Source of the DNA: Cyanobacteria bacterium J06626_4
GTDB lineage: Bacteria > Cyanobacteriota > Cyanobacteriia > Phormidesmidales > Phormidesmidaceae
Reading direction: 5' to 3'
Length of the DNA: 27,729 nucleotides
Assembly: GCA_038523235.1 (NCBI GenBank)
Contig: JBCBJQ010000077.1
Span: 1-27,729 of the forward strand
The notes beneath the pieces were generated by a model, which was given only the letters and a program-made list of their open reading frames with translations, did no database searches and was not told where the DNA came from. Shown here piece by piece: positions 25,682 to 27,729 of the stretch (its first letter is position 1; each line of letters opens with the position of its first letter). The translations under genes were made by a program, and so were the position numbers.

Positions 25682-25762
25682 TGCAATGTCTGAGCCGTGG
25701 CAGCGACTGATAAAGTCAGCTGCCCGATTTCACCATTGCATTTAAGTACTAGTGTGAGGGAC

Positions 25763-27712
25763 ATGATGAACAAGGGACTGCGAGGTTGGCATCTGTTTGC
25801 CATCGCAACTGTAATTGGTGGGCCAGCCGTCGGTGTTGAGGCTGTGCAGGCAGGAGAATTGGTTATTGACTCGCAGATTGAACCAGAAACTGAGAATAGA
25901 GCACAGGAAATAGAATACGGCGAGGCCCAGATTTCCCAACCTATCCCGCTCCCCCACTCCTCCTCGCCTCAACCTGCCACCACGGTTGACGAGTGGCTGG
26001 CGCAAATCGAAGCCTCGCTAGTGCAAATCACGAATGTGCGGCTAGAAGAAACCGCAGCAGGCTTGCAAATCATTTTAGAAACGGCTGAAGGTGAGTTAGC
26101 TATCCCCACGACCACTGTATCGGGCAATGCCCTAATTGCCGAAATTCCCAATGCGTTGCTGACCTTGTCAGAGAGCAATGAGTTTCAGCAGTTTGAACCA
26201 GCGGATGGCATTGCCCTGGTACAGGTCACCGAGTTGTCGGATGACCGAGTTCAGGTCGTCATTACCGGAACAGATGCCGCTCCGACAGCAACGGTCAATA
26301 CCGACGTCACGGGGTTGACGTTGAGCCTCGCGCTAGGCGTTGCTGCCGCCGCTGCCGTGGATGATGACGCGCTGCGAGTGGTGGTGACTGGTGAAGAGGG
26401 TAGCCGCTATGTGGAGCCCAACACCTCAACTGCTACCCGTACGGATACCCCCCTGCGCGATATTCCCCAGTCGATTCAGGTGGTGCCTCGCGAAGTGCTC
26501 GAAGACCAGCAAGTAATCACCTTAGGTGATGCTCTGCGAAATGTCAGTGGTGTAGTTAGGGACTCACAAGCTTTCACTGGCGAACGATTTACGATTCGTG
26601 GGTTTGATGGCGCTTCGGTTCTGAGGGATGGATTTAGGCAATCGTTTGGAGTCGGAGATCTTGGATTTCCAGAACTGGCTAATCTTGAAACGATAGAAGT
26701 TCTTAAAGGCCCTGCCTCGATTCTAGTGGGTTCGCTGGAGCCAGGGGGAGTGATTAACTTGGTCAGCAAACAGCCTCTAAGTGAACCGTTTTATGACCTG
26801 GAACTGCAAGTTGGCAACCGTAGATTAATCTCACCGAGCCTGGATTTCTCAGGACCCCTGACCGCCGATGGTCGCTTGCTTTATCGCTTAAATGCTCTTG
26901 TGCGAACGGAAGATAGTTTTCGCGATTTTGATACTGACATTGAGCGCTCATTTATTGCGCCAACGATTAGCTGGCAAATTAGCGATCGCACCGATTTAAC
27001 CGTTCGACTTGAATATACTGATGACGAGCGACCCGCAGATACCGGTTTGATTGCCATTGGTAACGAAGTGGCGGATATTCCCTTTGATCGGGTGCTCGGC
27101 ATCCCAGATGAGGATATGAGTAGGGATGAAATTCTGCGAGTTGCCTATAACTTCGAGCACCGCTTTAGCGATCGCTGGCAGTTACGAAACGCATTTAGCT
27201 ACCTTAACCGAGAGCGAGAGACTGACTATACGGCTCCATTCGGCTCTTTGGATGAAACCACAGGAGATTTTCCTCTACTCTCTGTTTTTCAGCGTTTTCC
27301 CCAGGAGGTGTTTGATTTACAGACGAATATTGTTGGCGAATTTAACACAGGTTCAGTTGAGCACAGAGTAGTGTTCGGAGTTGACCTGTTTCGACAAAGA
27401 GTCAATGGTAACGAGGTTCGAGGGGGCATTTTCTCACCGTTTGTCCTTAATATTTTTGACCCGGTTTATAGTGGGCTGATGCGTCCCAATCGAGAGGACA
27501 TGGCTACAAATATTTTGCAAGACTCTCAAACTGATGCGCTGGGTATTTATTTTCAAAATCAGATAACCCTATTGGATAATCTCAAGCTCTTGGCTGGGAT
27601 TCGTTATGAAACGGTTGAGCAAGAAACCACTAGAAATCCAACTGACTTGAATCCAAATAGGCTGATAAACCAACCCTACACGAGGCGTGAAGGCATCTTC
27701 ATTAAGCGTTGA
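25763..27712 (+). CDS. TonB-dependent siderophore receptor 3 with AMIN domain, truncated (homology ends about 27660)
   Basis: Collinear with receptor 2 up to ...NPTDLNPN. The last 17 or so codons come from an inverted segment, and the C-terminal barrel strands are absent. Confidence 0.9.
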   Translation: MMNKGLRGWHLFAIATVIGGPAVGVEAVQAGELVIDSQIEPETENRAQEIEYGEAQISQPIPLPHSSSPQPATTVDEWLAQIEASLVQITNVRLEETAAGLQIILETAEGELAIPTTTVSGNALIAEIPNALLTLSESNEFQQFEPADGIALVQVTELSDDRVQVVITGTDAAPTATVNTDVTGLTLSLALGVAAAAAVDDDALRVVVTGEEGSRYVEPNTSTATRTDTPLRDIPQSIQVVPREVLEDQQVITLGDALRNVSGVVRDSQAFTGERFTIRGFDGASVLRDGFRQSFGVGDLGFPELANLETIEVLKGPASILVGSLEPGGVINLVSKQPLSEPFYDLELQVGNRRLISPSLDFSGPLTADGRLLYRLNALVRTEDSFRDFDTDIERSFIAPTISWQISDRTDLTVRLEYTDDERPADTGLIAIGNEVADIPFDRVLGIPDEDMSRDEILRVAYNFEHRFSDRWQLRNAFSYLNRERETDYTAPFGSLDETTGDFPLLSVFQRFPQEVFDLQTNIVGEFNTGSVEHRVVFGVDLFRQRVNGNEVRGGIFSPFVLNIFDPVYSGLMRPNREDMATNILQDSQTDALGIYFQNQITLLDNLKLLAGIRYETVEQETTRNPTDLNPNRLINQPYTRREGIFIKR

Positions 27713-27729
27713 TTCAGAACTATTTGGAT
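27651..27729 (-). other. Fold-back/inverted continuation of receptor 3
   Basis: The reverse complement of 27657-27729 reads PNSSESTLNEDAFTPRVGLVYQP. ATCCAAATAG (27651-27660) recurs inverted at 27720-27729. Confidence 0.92.

Noticed and set aside
14480..27371. Many short overlapping or antisense ORFs within the AraC/TBDT/SBP genes
   Set aside because: Shadow frames of strongly supported genes; their recurrence reflects paralogy.
1..27729. tRNA/rRNA genes, transposase, integrase, reverse transcriptase or defence system
   Set aside because: No ORF or motif of these kinds was seen.

Overview
This window is cyanobacterial chromosome: about 25 HIP1 GCGATCGC octamers by eye, heptamer STRR-type repeats, a cyanobacteriochrome and AMIN-domain TonB receptors. 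A filamentous Leptolyngbya-like host is inferred. Most of it is an iron-starvation island. 1-4.4 kb holds small accessory genes: a hypothetical protein followed by a decayed attC-like site, two GNAT acetyltransferases, a small membrane protein, a secreted histidine phosphatase with a (GGE)n tract and a SAM methyltransferase. 4.6-11.5 kb holds flavodoxin isiB, an isiC-like hydrolase and a Cys-rich small protein (minus strand), then a ClC-family transporter, an unannotated minus-strand uORF/hairpin/terminator element, a conserved hypothetical protein, a signal-less siderophore-binding protein fused to an HTH-like domain, and a DedA/TVP38 protein. 11.6-14.2 kb holds a CBCR-GAF histidine kinase whose phospho-His is Tyr, a vat-family acetyltransferase with an upstream attC-like end, and a remnant of a siderophore-binding gene. 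14.2-27.7 kb is a tandem array of AraC regulator / AMIN-TonB-dependent receptor / periplasmic binding protein modules with conserved Fur-like boxes, identically spaced receptor promoters and Yfr1-complementary RBS sites. The third receptor is cut by a fold-back inversion at the window end, probably an assembly chimera. All calls come from reading the sequence by eye; no searches were run.
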